Positions 49,101-61,200 of a stretch of DNA of 64,000 nucleotides are shown piece by piece. The position numbers and the translations under genes are program-made. The notes under the pieces are model-generated. The model was not told the origin of the DNA, searched no databases, and was given only the letters and a program-made list of their open reading frames with translations. The DNA lies in the NCBI GenBank assembly GCA_020891255.1, contig BQFW01000012.1, positions 1,922,001 through 1,986,000 on the forward strand, in the 5' to 3' direction. Source of the stretch: Entomortierella parvispora E1425 (lineage: Eukaryota > Fungi > Mortierellomycota). Within the stretch, counting starts at the first letter, position 1, and each line of letters begins with the position of its first letter.

Positions 49101-49595
49101 GGTGGAGCTCACTATCTGACAACCCAGGTTTCCATGCAATTTTCCAAAGTGTGACTGGTGGGTTGTCAAACAAAACGAACAACCTGGGTTGTCAAATAGA
49201 TAAATCCTTTTTTTTTCGTCTTGCTCCTTTTGACCACTCCGTGTCTCCTTCAAGTAAGGTCGACCTCCAGTTTCCCATCAAACAGTTCCATGCACGTATT
49301 TAGTCTCTATTTATAATCATGGGCTTGAAAGCTATCAGGCGTAGAAAATGCGTCGACCCAATCCAGATCAAGAGAAAAAAAACCGTTGAAATGTTCGTGG
49401 GTACAATACACTGAAGCTTGCGGATCAAATTCGAGGCGTATAGCACGGTAATAATGAAGTTTTTAATGACAAAAAGAACGTGAGTGACTCTCCTATTTCG
49501 AGCTTGGATAATGACACCACAGTTCCCCATGGTGGCGGATATGGGATGGTCTGCCAACAGACAGAAATGCAGGGTGGTCGTCAGGTCGATGAAAT

Positions 49596-50414
49596 TTAAA
49601 CAGTGTTTGCAAAATCGCCTTCGACGCCCTCCTGCATGAAAGCTGCATGGCCTAGAATTGTCACTGCACTGGCGCCTACATTCCAGGGGTTGAATAAAAG
49701 GCAGTTAGGAATAGACCTTTTTTGCAGAAATTGCCCTTCAAGAAGTGTACTAGTGCTTACCAATGATATAAAAAATGGTGCCAATAGTCGAGCTGAAAAA
49801 GAAGAGAGGAACAGCGACGATCATTAGACCAGTTTGGAGCTGTCGAGCGGAATAAGTCGTGGATCCGATCACAGTGCCCTCTGGTGGCACCTTTGAGATG
49901 AAGTGCATGCCTCCCACCACTACACCAACACTGAACATCAACATGACATTTGTGATCCTATCGAGTATGAGAATATTGTCAGCGTCTGGTCAAATGGACG
50001 TCGGGTTTCCCAAATCAGTATGCCTGCATGCTTACAAACTGTATGCGGTGATTCCAAGAAACATAAGCATGTAATTGCCCTGGAAATAGGACAGGTTGTA
50101 GTTAAAGCGGGATGTTACACCTAATTGAGAGGTCGATCAACAAAATGGGTCAGCTTTATCCTATGAGTTCAAGGCCAAACGAAAATAAAGCCCTCCTTAG
50201 ATAGGCATAGTTGCATACTGGCAAGACCTGTGGGCTTTGAAAACCGGTTGGTATCAAAGAACTCGGACATTGGCCTCAAGGACGAGAGACGCTCTTCGCG
50301 AAACTTTTTGATAAAGCCCAAGCCTAGGGTTGCAGGGGATTCATCGGACGGTGGCAGGGGAAATGAGCCAGAGAAGGGATTTGAGGGCACTGGGGTGTAT
50401 GCAGGAGCAGCCAT
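49596..50414 (-). CDS. YIP3: PRA1/Yip3 prenylated Rab acceptor, four exons
   Basis: LSSLRPMSEFFDTNRFSKP, VTSRFNYNLSYFQGNY and GASAVTILGHAAFM motifs. Confidence 0.88.
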
Positions 50415-51436
50415 GAGGATGTACTGGGGGAAGGGGGATTTGATTAGGTCGAGGGAGGAAGGAAAGAAAGAGAGGAATGGATGTCCAAACGAATGTCCAA
50501 AGGAAAAAAGAGAGCGCGAGATTTCCTTTTGTGAATCTCTTTCTTGGCGCTGTGGCACCGGTCGCCATGCGGTTGAGACGGCCTGTCTTCTTTCTCATCA
50601 CTTTTGTCTGCAGACATTGTAAACGCAGATGGGTCCATGGCATCTGAACGCTCCCCCCCTTCTCGCCTGAACTTCTTCCTCTCCTCTAGTTAGGTGCCAT
50701 TGCCATATCTCATTTCATTCTATGCGAGGACACCTCATTGCCAACACAATCACAGCGTGGATGAAATGGCCCCTGTGAGTGGAAAGGACGAAGGATGGCA
50801 GTGATTTCAGAGGACCTGATGCACGAGTGGAGAGTGCAAGGAGAGGGGAACGGGAGCGAGATGGTCATCGGTCTGTCTTCCTCTTTCTCTCTGCGGACAG
50901 GACAGGACAGGGCAGAGCGAACAAACAAGGCTGAACGAACAAGGGCCCGCCTGATTTTATTTGTTTCCGTTCTTCCTCTTTTTTCATCTCTCTCTGTCCA
51001 TCATCCCTCCATCTGTCTGCTCAACTAGCACTCCCTTCCCTGATCCCTTTGATCCCCCATCCTTCCTTCCCTCCCTTTTCTCCTTGTTGCTCTCCTTCGT
51101 CTGTCTCGAAGGCATCCGTCCTTGTTTCTTGTTCCCCTATTTTTTTTTTTTGGTTAATCGGCTGATTCGTCACCCGTCCTTCTTTGGCGCCACTTTTTGT
51201 GTTTTCCCTCCATTTTTCGTTTTGTTCTTGAGAGGTAATCGAAATAACAACCATGATCTCCTCGCCATGGCTCATCCTTGTCCCAGCTACCGGGATGGAG
51301 TTCTCATTGAATGCAAAGCTGACCGACATTACCTTGTTTATTGTCATGTACCCACCTAGGCACTTGCAAAAGACTTAACGCAAACATTCAAAGGCAAAGC
51401 TGCTTATAATCAATCCGCAGGGCGTATGAATCCACC

Positions 51437-54400
51437 ATGAGCTTGATTGATCCTGCCCAAACAAACGCGAGCAGGAACAGCGGCAATAATGATGGCATGG
51501 ATCATACGGACGACGGCAACATTACCTCCATCACGGACGCGTCCGGCTCTGCTTCACAATCAGACTCACAGACGGTTGAGGGTGCGTTGTTGTCCTCAAC
51601 TGCTGGCGGCACAGAGGCAGGCGGGTCAGAATCCAGTATGAGCGACACCATCCCATCCGCATCAGTATCAGTGGCAGAAAGCTTCAGTGCCAGCAATGGC
51701 GGTGTTAGGCCAGTGCAGCCACTACCAGGAACTGGCGATAACCTGTCGAGCGTGCGAAACTTCAAGGTTCTGTACGATCCCTTCCTGGACACCAGCAAAA
51801 CGAGGAATGCTACACTGATCTGTCGTTACCAGGACGATCTGTTGGACGAGGTGAGAACCGCGAGCAAAACATCATTCTCCTCGTGTGGTCAGGTTGCCTT
51901 GGCGGATAAGAGAGGACTGGTAGAATAACACTGCGATTTTTTCTTCCCGACGAATAGGATGCACAGGAGCCACAGGATCCACGTCGAACTGCTGCCAACT
52001 ACAGCTACCTTGTCTCCAAGACCAGAAAAGCATTTAAAGGCACTTTGACGCCTGTTCGGTTTGAGGTAATGAATGATTCATTCAGTTTAATATCCGGCTC
52101 ATGACATGGTATAATATCGAAGCACGTTGCTTACTTGCTGGCCCCATTCAATAGCGCGACGCCAACTCCATCACACAACACGCAGTTCTGATTTCCCACC
52201 TATCCTTCATCACCACCAATTTGGATCTCGAAATCCTCCTTGCGGGATGTGGAGACATCCTCGACACCATGATTGAAAGACACCCAGTCACAGGAACAGG
52301 ACTGGGATTCGGGCGCGTAGTGTTCGCAGGACCAGAAGCCGAGGCAGCAGCAAAGAAAGCAGTGGATACCTTGCATGGGAAGGAGTTGGAAAGGGGTCCT
52401 CTCAAGGTCATTCTGGATGGCAGTGGATCAAAGTTTAGGAAAGCAAGAGCAAACGTGGCTGCCAGAATCGAAGCCGCAAAAGCAAAAGCGGCCTTGGCGG
52501 CGGAGTCGAGCCATGAAAGGGATATCTATGCAAATGACGACGATATGGAAATCGACGATGCCTCCACTCCACCCCCAAACGACATATTTTCACCTTCTCT
52601 ATCGCAGCCCTCTGTGATCGAATCAGGACCGTCGGCAGAAGCTAACGGGAGCTCATCAAACACAGTTATAGGAGATGCACCAACTATACCCACTACAGGA
52701 ACGTCCTTGCCAGCGAAAGGAACTGGAGATCAATCGACAATATCCGCTAATGGCTCACAGCCAACACCGCCTAAGCGAATTCCTATCCCCCTTCCAGCAA
52801 ACCCAAGAACTCGCATCCCCTTACCCCCAATTCCGCCACCTGAGCTGCATCAGGTCAGAGGCAACAAACCCAGTAAGGAAGAAGGGGAGATTGACGACAA
52901 GTCTTCAAGGCCATCCAAGCCCGTTGGAGTCATCACTGGGCCAGGTGCTATTCGGATACCTCCGCCTGCTCGTCGCGACTGGGATAAACAGGCAGAGTCT
53001 GGATTCACGTCTCCTCCACCTGATCCTTACAGAATTCCCTTAAAACTGCGAGATACCGATGGCTATCGTCAGGGAGCAGGACATCTACCATTAACGTCTC
53101 CCGCAGCAATGGGTCGACCAGAGTGGAGCAAGCAAGGAGGGCCATTATCTGCACAAATCCCAAGGGATGACTTTTATGACCGCCGTGGAGCTGGGGGATA
53201 CTTTGATGACATGGCATTTCCGCCAGGAGCATACGACCGCTATCCACCCCGGAGAAGAACAAGCAGGAGTAGAAGTCGAAGCTGGTCGAGGAGCAGAAGT
53301 AGAGATCGGAGTACCAGTCCAAGCTGGGGTCTCGACTCAAAGTCTCATGGTGCAGCACCACCTAGGCGCATCGGTCGCGCTCATGGCGATAAGAGAAGCT
53401 CTGGGTATGATGGTGATAACTCTGGATGGCAGCGGGACTTGGCTTGCTTAATCATCAACCGTGACTGTCTGCCGTTTCATCGAATCTCTCTCGATGATAT
53501 GAAGCGAGAGTTTGACAAGTTTGGACCAGAACGGGTAAGGCGTCGACCTAATATATGCTCTTCAAAATATCTCCGTGGTTTACTAATGTCCACCTCATTG
53601 TATTAGATTGAGCGTCATGACGAGAATTGGTATATCCGATTTGTGTCGCTTGCGCAGGCTAGGAGATGCCATGTCGTTCTGGATCAAAAACCTTTGTTGG
53701 GGCAGAAGATCTCAATCACCCTTCATGAGCCCGGGGATGACAAGTTGCCACCAGACCTGATGCCGCGGCGTGATAGTTTCAAGGAATTGGGTCATCGTCG
53801 CTCTTCTGACACAGGAAGGAGGTCGCATACAACAACTGTGTCCAACACTCGAGCGAAACCACCCTCAAAGGACGACTCACTTGTGCGTTCAGCCTCTGAT
53901 ATGATCATGAGGGAGCTGTTTCAAGTGTTTTTGAAGGATCTTGGGAATCGTGTCATTGTGCCCGCCATCTACGACTTTTTGAATCCCGCGACTCGCAAAA
54001 CGAAGACAACAGAGCGTCGTCGTATGCCCTCCGAAGTTGTTGATAAGAGCGAGTCAAAATCAAAAGCTGATGAGAGTACTGCTCTGAGCTCGTTGGAAGA
54101 TCCCTCAGCAGACATATACGCTGACGAAGGCGCCAATGGAAACCGCGACGCCAACGCGCATGGACAATTGCAAAAATTATCAGAGTCAAAGTCACCGGTA
54201 AAGTCAGGAACGATCAAGAGCGAGCCAAGTAGCTTGAACCTTTTGCCAAAGTTCAAGAAGAGGCCTCAGGCCAACTCTGATGGTGTGCGTGCACCTCGAG
54301 CGGACAAGGGTGTAACTCGACCTCGCAAAACACAGCCTTCTGCACGTCGATCGCGTTCGCGGGATTCATCGTCCTCACGATCTAGATCACGACCCAGCCA

Positions 54401-56378
54401 ACATCGTTACAGACGTCATTCAAGGTCCTTGTCTCGATCGCCTTCTCCCCCCAGACACCACACTAGTTCCAAATCTCGTGGACGTTCTATTTCGCGTTCG
54501 CGTTCCAGGAGCCAATCTGCAGGACGAAGCCACTCGCGTGGCCGACGCTATGCGGGCTCTGGTTCTGATTTGGATAGAGCCAAGTTTAGCAAAAAGAAGA
54601 CATCAAAGTCAAAGCGCTATTCTGATGCTGAAAGCGGTTCTAGTCAGGACGAGACTCGCGGCAGGAATGGATCCAAGAAATCACACAAGAAAGCAGATCG
54701 ATTCAACAAAAAACCTACAGGCAACAAGAAATCGACGCAGCAGCGACTTCGAGATTATATGAGCAGCAGCGACGATGGCCCAGTGGACGATTTCCTGGAG
54801 GAGTTCCGTCAGCGTCAGCCACAGGGAGATAGCAGTGATGAGTACGATGAAGGAGAGGACTCTTCTTTTGTTGTGGATGACGGTGATGTGATTGATAATG
54901 AGGATGCCGAAGGCGAAGGCACCGAGAACGATGAAGTGGCGGCTCTAGGCGGAGCACGCAATAGCGATGCCGAGGAGGAGGATGAACGCGATCGCAGGCG
55001 AAATAGTGCGGTCGCAAAGCGCAAGCGTTCTGGCCATGTCCGAGCTTCCAGCCGTGATCTTGATTCCAAGCAGGAAGACACGCCTGTGGGCCACGGATCA
55101 GGTTCAGACATGGAAGCTGGAGCTGAAAAGGCACGGAAGCCCAAGAAACCAAAGAAAGGTACTGGACGTGCTCAACCCAAGAAGCCTCAGGCACAGTCTG
55201 AGGACGAAGAGGATGTTGTCATGGAGGATGTTTCGACTCTGCCAAGATACAACGAGCACATTGAAGATGACCGGGCCAGAGACGAGACACCCGAGTACTC
55301 TGATTCTATCTCTATCACTGAATCCGAGTCTGATTCCGATGCTGATTCCGATTCCTCGTACTTTGATCTGTATGAGCCTTACGAATCCGGAAAGGGTGCG
55401 GATGCTGTGAACGATCACAAAGATGCCGCGCCTCTCGACTTTAGCAATGGTGATGACGAGGACTTTAGATTCATGAAGGCGGCGCTGGAAATGGAGCGGA
55501 AGCATGCAGAAGACGAGGAGCATTCTCGTAGGAACGGCACTTCTCTGGTCGCCAGAAACATGCTGGAAGACCGCGCTAGCCAACTGCGGGAGCTGGAGGC
55601 TACATTGGCTTCACAAGACAATTCGCGACTCGATTCCGAGCCGTCAGCTCATCGAACAGGGTCTGCTCGCACGGAAGGCTTCTACAAGATTTCGGATATG
55701 GCCAAAGCAATCTACTTGCCCCACCGTAGTACTGCCAAGGTCAATACCGCGACGGCCAGAGTTTCCTCTCGTATGAACCGAGTGAATAATCGACGGATGT
55801 TGGTTGGTATGGCAACCGATTCGGATATCATGAAGTTTAACCAGCTCAAGGTCCGCAAGAAGCAGCTCCGGTTCGCAAAATCGCCAATTCACGATTGGGG
55901 GCTGTTTGCTATGGAAAAGGTCGATGCGAACGACATGGTGATCGAGTACATTGGCGAGGTTATTCGTCAAAAGGTGGCAGATCATCGCGAGAAGCGATAT
56001 GAACGCATGGGCATTGGCTCAAGTTATCTCTTCCGAGTGGATGACGATACTGTGATTGATGCAACCAAAATGGGCAACATTGCTCGTTTTATTAATCATT
56101 GCTGCACTGTAAGTTTTTGTTCTTTGTTCCTTGCCCCTCATTGACCGTTGACTGTTTTGAGGGATATCATCAAACTCATCAAATTCTTTTACCGCCTCAT
56201 TTAGCCCAATTGTAATGCCAAGATCATCACTGTGGACGGCCAGAAAAAGATTGTCATCTACGCCAAACGGGACATTGAAGAAGGCGAAGAAATCACGTAC
56301 GACTACAAGTTCCCTATTGAAGCCGACAAGATTCCTTGTCTCTGCGGTTCTCGAGGATGTCGCGGCACATTGAATTAA
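51437..56378 (+). CDS. SET1: Histone H3K4 methyltransferase Set1 (two RRMs, N-SET, SET, post-SET)
   Basis: [63 protein letters not shown]|PNCNAK and [13 protein letters not shown] motifs. Confidence 0.96.
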
Positions 56379-56530
56379 ATAAATCCTCATTTTTGATGAC
56401 ACAATAAATGACACGCCTTTGTCAGACAAAAATCTTCTTTCGAAGCATGGCCGAGTACAGTGGTTTTATGATACAGTTTTTTTTTTTTGGGAAGATCGAT
56501 CGAAAAGAAAGGTCTATGTATAAAATCAAG

Positions 56531-58211
56531 TTATCCGCTGAATCCAAAGACACGCAAACTTCCCGTGCTGACCATGTTTCCACCAGGTCCCCTCTCCGTT
56601 TCATCTCCAGCGTAGGCCAAGAGGTATTTGTTTGGATGCCACGCAATTGTATTCATGGCCGCGCCGCACTTGACCTGATGAACCGACTCTCCAGTCTCTA
56701 CCAATGACTATGAGGAACAAATAAAAAGGGAGAAGCGTTGTCAGTATTTCCAAACAGAGCGTGTCAGTCGTGGGACAAGACTAGGACACTAGTTCCTTAC
56801 GATATCAATGGCCAAGTCTTCAGATCCGGACGCAATGAATGCACCGTCAAAGCTGAAGCTCAATGTTCGAATAGGCCAGCTAATGTTATGGTACACAGTT
56901 AGGAAGGGGTGAAAAAAAAAAGGAAAAAATCAGCATTGAATTTGAATAAAGCCAGCTGTAGTTTGCAAATCCAGCATCCTGACAAATGGTAGAGGGTTCA
57001 ACTTACTTGAGCTGTCCAAAAGTCCTCACGCAAACGTATTCGTCCAAGTCCCAGAGATTGACTGAAGCATCTGCACTTCCGCTGGCCAAGTACCTAGGAA
57101 CAAATCAAAAGAAGAAAAAACATCAGGGGTCTGCCTATTCCCAAACAAAGAACCAAAAAGGGAAAAAAATCAAGAGAAATAAAAGTTACCTTCCACGGGG
57201 ATCAAACTCCAAGCAATAGCAATTGGCGGTATGGGCGTCCAGAACATGCAACTCTGCCATGGTATGATAATCCAAGACCTTGACCGTGCCTTGACCTGTC
57301 GTCAACAAGAACAAATCGCCAGTAGGGTTCCAGCTGATCTCATTCACCTCCACATTGAACTGTGCCGTCTTTTCAATCTTGAACGTCCTTGTATCAATAA
57401 AGCTGATCATGTCCTCCTTATTACCGACCGCAATGCTATGTCCATCTGGGCTCCATGCAATATTGATGTTTTGTCCACTTGTGTCCACTTTGTGAATGCA
57501 TTTGCCAGCTATGGGAGGTTGTTGTCAACCGAAAAATAGAGCAAAATAAAGGTAGAAAGGAAGGACGCTAATTAGTTCAGCCACGTCTTCCCGCTTGTCC
57601 ATAAAATCCAGGTCTGTTATGTTGAGTGTAGAAGAAAGAGAGAGAAAGAACCACTCACATCGAGCATCCCAGATCCGTACGGTCCTGTCGCAACTTGCCG
57701 TGGCCAAATGATCTGGATGAGTTGGATCCCAGCGAAGCTGATCAACACTCTCGGTATGGCCCCTGAGCTCGATCGAAGTTCGAGGATCCGACTATTGTCA
57801 ATATGAAGTCCAATAGGATGACAGAAAAGAGGGGGGGATAGTTATTACATATGTCAATATATCCGCAGGTACCTGATGAGATGCGATTCAAATTCTTTTT
57901 TGCAATCCTTACACTCCTCTCGGGCGCCCAGATACGTGCCGACTTGTCTATTGATCCAGAAGCGAGTCTTCTGCCATCGCAGTTCCAACCTACGGTATGG
58001 ACATTTGATTTGTGGGCCTTGTAGTCACGCGTCTTCAAGAGAGGGAATCCTGCAATCGTCTACAAGGAATGAAAAAGGAAAGAATCCAGATTCCGTGTTA
58101 ATTAACTTGTCCTGGATGTGCTTCGATGGGTATTCCGTGTTGTCCACAATGAAAAAAAGGATGGATTTTTTCAGCAACCTTTTCCAGCTGAGGCGTCCGT
58201 TGAAACTGCAT
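56531..58211 (-). CDS. THOC3: THO complex subunit 3 (Tex1), WD40 repeats, multi-exon
   Basis: VHTVGWNCDGRRLASGS, GHTESVDQLRWDP, ATASCDRTVRIWD, NINIAWSPDG, EVNEISWN and HTANCYCLEFDPRGR motifs. The first exon MQFQRTPQLEK is inferred. Confidence 0.9.
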
Positions 58212-61200
58212 GGCCGTTTGTAGTGGTCTTGTCAAGGGATTGAATGGAGATCAACGTTGCCCTGAGCACTTTATTCATATATATATGCTCTAGTCACGTG
58301 CAAGAAAAGAAGGGTCGCACGCCTTGTACGTATTACCCCTCATTTTTTTCGCGTCCGCGTTTCCAGTGATGTTCTCTTTTGCAAAGCAGCTTCTACGACT
58401 CCACCGTATCTTGAAGATAATCGGAAGCTTCATTCTATGAAAGAAGGCGATCGGCGATGATGAATCTTCATGGTGTCGTCCTTGCCTCTTTCTTTTTTTA
58501 ATCTTATAGCCCCATCTCGCTTGCCTAGATGGGAGAGATCGGGGCGAAGCGCAGGGGAGACCAGGAGACTCCGGCCTTCCTCAAGTCGAGCTGGCCAGTT
58601 AGTGTCCATTCATGGTTTCTTCGTATTTGGGATCAAAGCATGCCAAGGAGGATCTCCAAGACCGCCGCTGAGGTCGATGTCTGCTGAACCTAGAACGGTT
58701 CGAGGCGCATCTGGAGAAGTGTGTTGCACGCAATTCCACGGGGAGAGAATTGTAGAACTTCCCTCCCCTTGCACGATCGTTTGTCAGCCGCTTCTGTCTG
58801 ACTTGGCAGTGATCCACCACTGCTGTCGGTAATATTGCCCCTTATTAAAGCTTTTCTTCACACATAGAGATCAAGGAGATGTTCAGGGTCAAGCACGCTC
58901 TGCTCCGTTCCCCTTCAGAAATAAACGGGGACTATACATAACACTACTTATGACTTGACGCGACATATATCTTCTTCAAATGATATCCACCACTACTAGT
59001 TCGTGTTGTGTGCCCAGCAGGACCAAATGACCGAGCTCTCGTCGTTTTAGATCCGTCCCATCCCATATAACAAAAAAAAAAAAAAAAAAATAGAAAAAGA
59101 AAAAAAAGGACTCAAGCTGCTGATTCACATTAGACATGGTGGAATGTAGCAACGGCCATCTGATTGCTCTGCATCCCTTTACCGAGAAACTCGGAGACAC
59201 CGCTGGTGCGTGCGCCAAGCTGTTGAAAATTACTTCACTCAAACTTGTGAGTCACTCGTCATCACGTCCAACGGGAGTGCACGTCAGAGTAAACAGTCTT
59301 TTTTTTTTTTGCCGTTCTTCTTACACCCACCACCCTCTTCTCACACATGCACGAACACACACATATTTCCATTCCATTCCTTCCATGGTCCATTCCTTCA
59401 GATGGCCCCAAGGTTGTGCAAGTCAATGCAAGCACACACGCGAGTGCTCTGCTCGCGTTTAAGGTATTTTTGAGAAATGAAATCCAGCCAAACAAACAAA
59501 AACCCACATCTGCAAAGCGCGCCCTAATTCATTTTTTCAGACCACTGACGCCCTTGCATGTCCATCCTCTTTTGTAACTGCCCTTGCACCGCTCGTACGC
59601 AGATAGCCAGTACAGATTCCACCTGCAGCGCAACGGCCTGCATCCTCGCCTCAAGCACCGTCTTTCTTGTTTCTGTGAGGCGCAGCCGTTAAGAAAAGAA
59701 CGCTCCTCGGCCCCCAAGGTCCTGAGTTGGCCACGCTGGCCACAAGCTTCGCTCTTTGAGCAAGGCGCTGTCCTCTGTAGCCTACCCAGCGCTTCAAGAA
59801 CGTCTCTCCTTCCAGACCCACGGAGGGTCAGCCTTCTTGGGAACAAGCCCCTGCTTCCCACGGCAGGGCTTGGTTCTCCAGGCGTTACCTGCCTTTCGAG
59901 ATCATCGGAGCCTTTCGAAGCCCCACAACAGTTTCTCGGCCATGTGGTATCCTCAGTCCTTGACTTCTCCGTAAGCCGCCCTCGAGGGCCTGCCTCTGCC
60001 TGTTCTACTGCGCACACCACATAGGCGGTCCCGTTTCCAGAGATGTGCAAATCTTCATCGCGAACATGTCGAAAAAAAAGTGGAAGTCCTTTCTCTCCCC
60101 CTTCCTTTCCTTTTTTTCCACGTGGACGAGCGTTGCAACGACGCGGAGCAAGTCGGGGTCCTTCTACTTGTTGCTCAGCTACTATGGTCCGTTCTATGCT
60201 GTACGCGTTTGGCCCATTCTCAGGCAGAGAACAGTGCGCATGGAGCCGGTTTTCTTGGGAAGATCGAGCGGCTCTAGAAGTTCCTCATTGTATTTTTTTC
60301 AGCAGACTGATTTTGGGAGCGCGGTAATGGAGGATTATGGTCATGAAAGACAAAGTACTGGGCCCCTTTTCATCACTCTTCTTTTCTTTCCTGTGCAACG
60401 CAGGTCTGCGTTTCCGCAACTGCTGGTTTCCGAGATCTGCCCTGTCTTTAATAATAGAAACGAAACAGAAATATTAAATATATGTACAGCAATAAATAAT
60501 CAACGAAAGGTCATATCCAAGGTACTTCATAAAGGTGCTAGAGTAAATCTGGAAGAGAATTACCGAGTTTATTGCATTATTGTACGGTACAAGGGTCGAA
60601 AGAAAAGTGCTTCTGAAAGGCAAGTCTCTGAAAGGAGAGTGATCTAGCAGGAATATGGTTGGACAGCTTGGGGTAAGATGAAGATGCCGATCTTGCCGAT
60701 TTTCACTTGGGGAGCGGGGTGACGATGATCGCGGGTCTTCTTGTCCTTGTCCTTTTGTTGACTCCAGACTGGTGATGATACGCAGTGTGGTCTTTGGACC
60801 ATGACCGAGGAGTTGAAGAGCGAGTATGTTGTCTTTGTACGTCGCCGATAGTACTACCATCTTTTTACAATTACTCCTTCTTTTTCTGCGTGCATCCAGC
60901 TTTTGTCCTTTGTCACCCTTCGTCTTTGATCACTTTGATGCGTTGCTGCTGCATGGGTCAGTGCTGTTGGCAATGTCTGAAAGGACGTCCCTGCGTCCCG
61001 ACGTGTTGTGTGTAGGTAAATTAATCACCCTTGTCCTTTCTCAAAGGAAGGGGTGGGCAGGCGATATGTTGACTTACCAAAGATTCTTTCCACATTGTCT
61101 TTCCATCAAATGTTCTCTCGCGCTCTTGTCTCCCTTATCCCAAAACGCGATTCGCAATTGCCCAAACTCTAAAATAACAAAGCTGGTGCGACAACGGTTT

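Larger units (their letters stand above)
39598..49207. mobile_element. Mutator-like (MULE) DNA transposon, 9610 bp, 50-bp TIRs, 9-bp TSD (T9)
   Basis: TIRs at 39598-39647 and 49158-49207 match at 46/50 positions. Flanked by T10 and T9, versus a 10-A run in the uninterrupted sister arm. Encodes a MULE DDE transposase. Confidence 0.93.

Noticed and set aside
59560-60050. GC-rich stretch with small hairpins and 146-173-aa ORFs on both strands
   Set aside because: No splice-consistent or recognisable protein, and the hairpins are what this GC content would give by chance.
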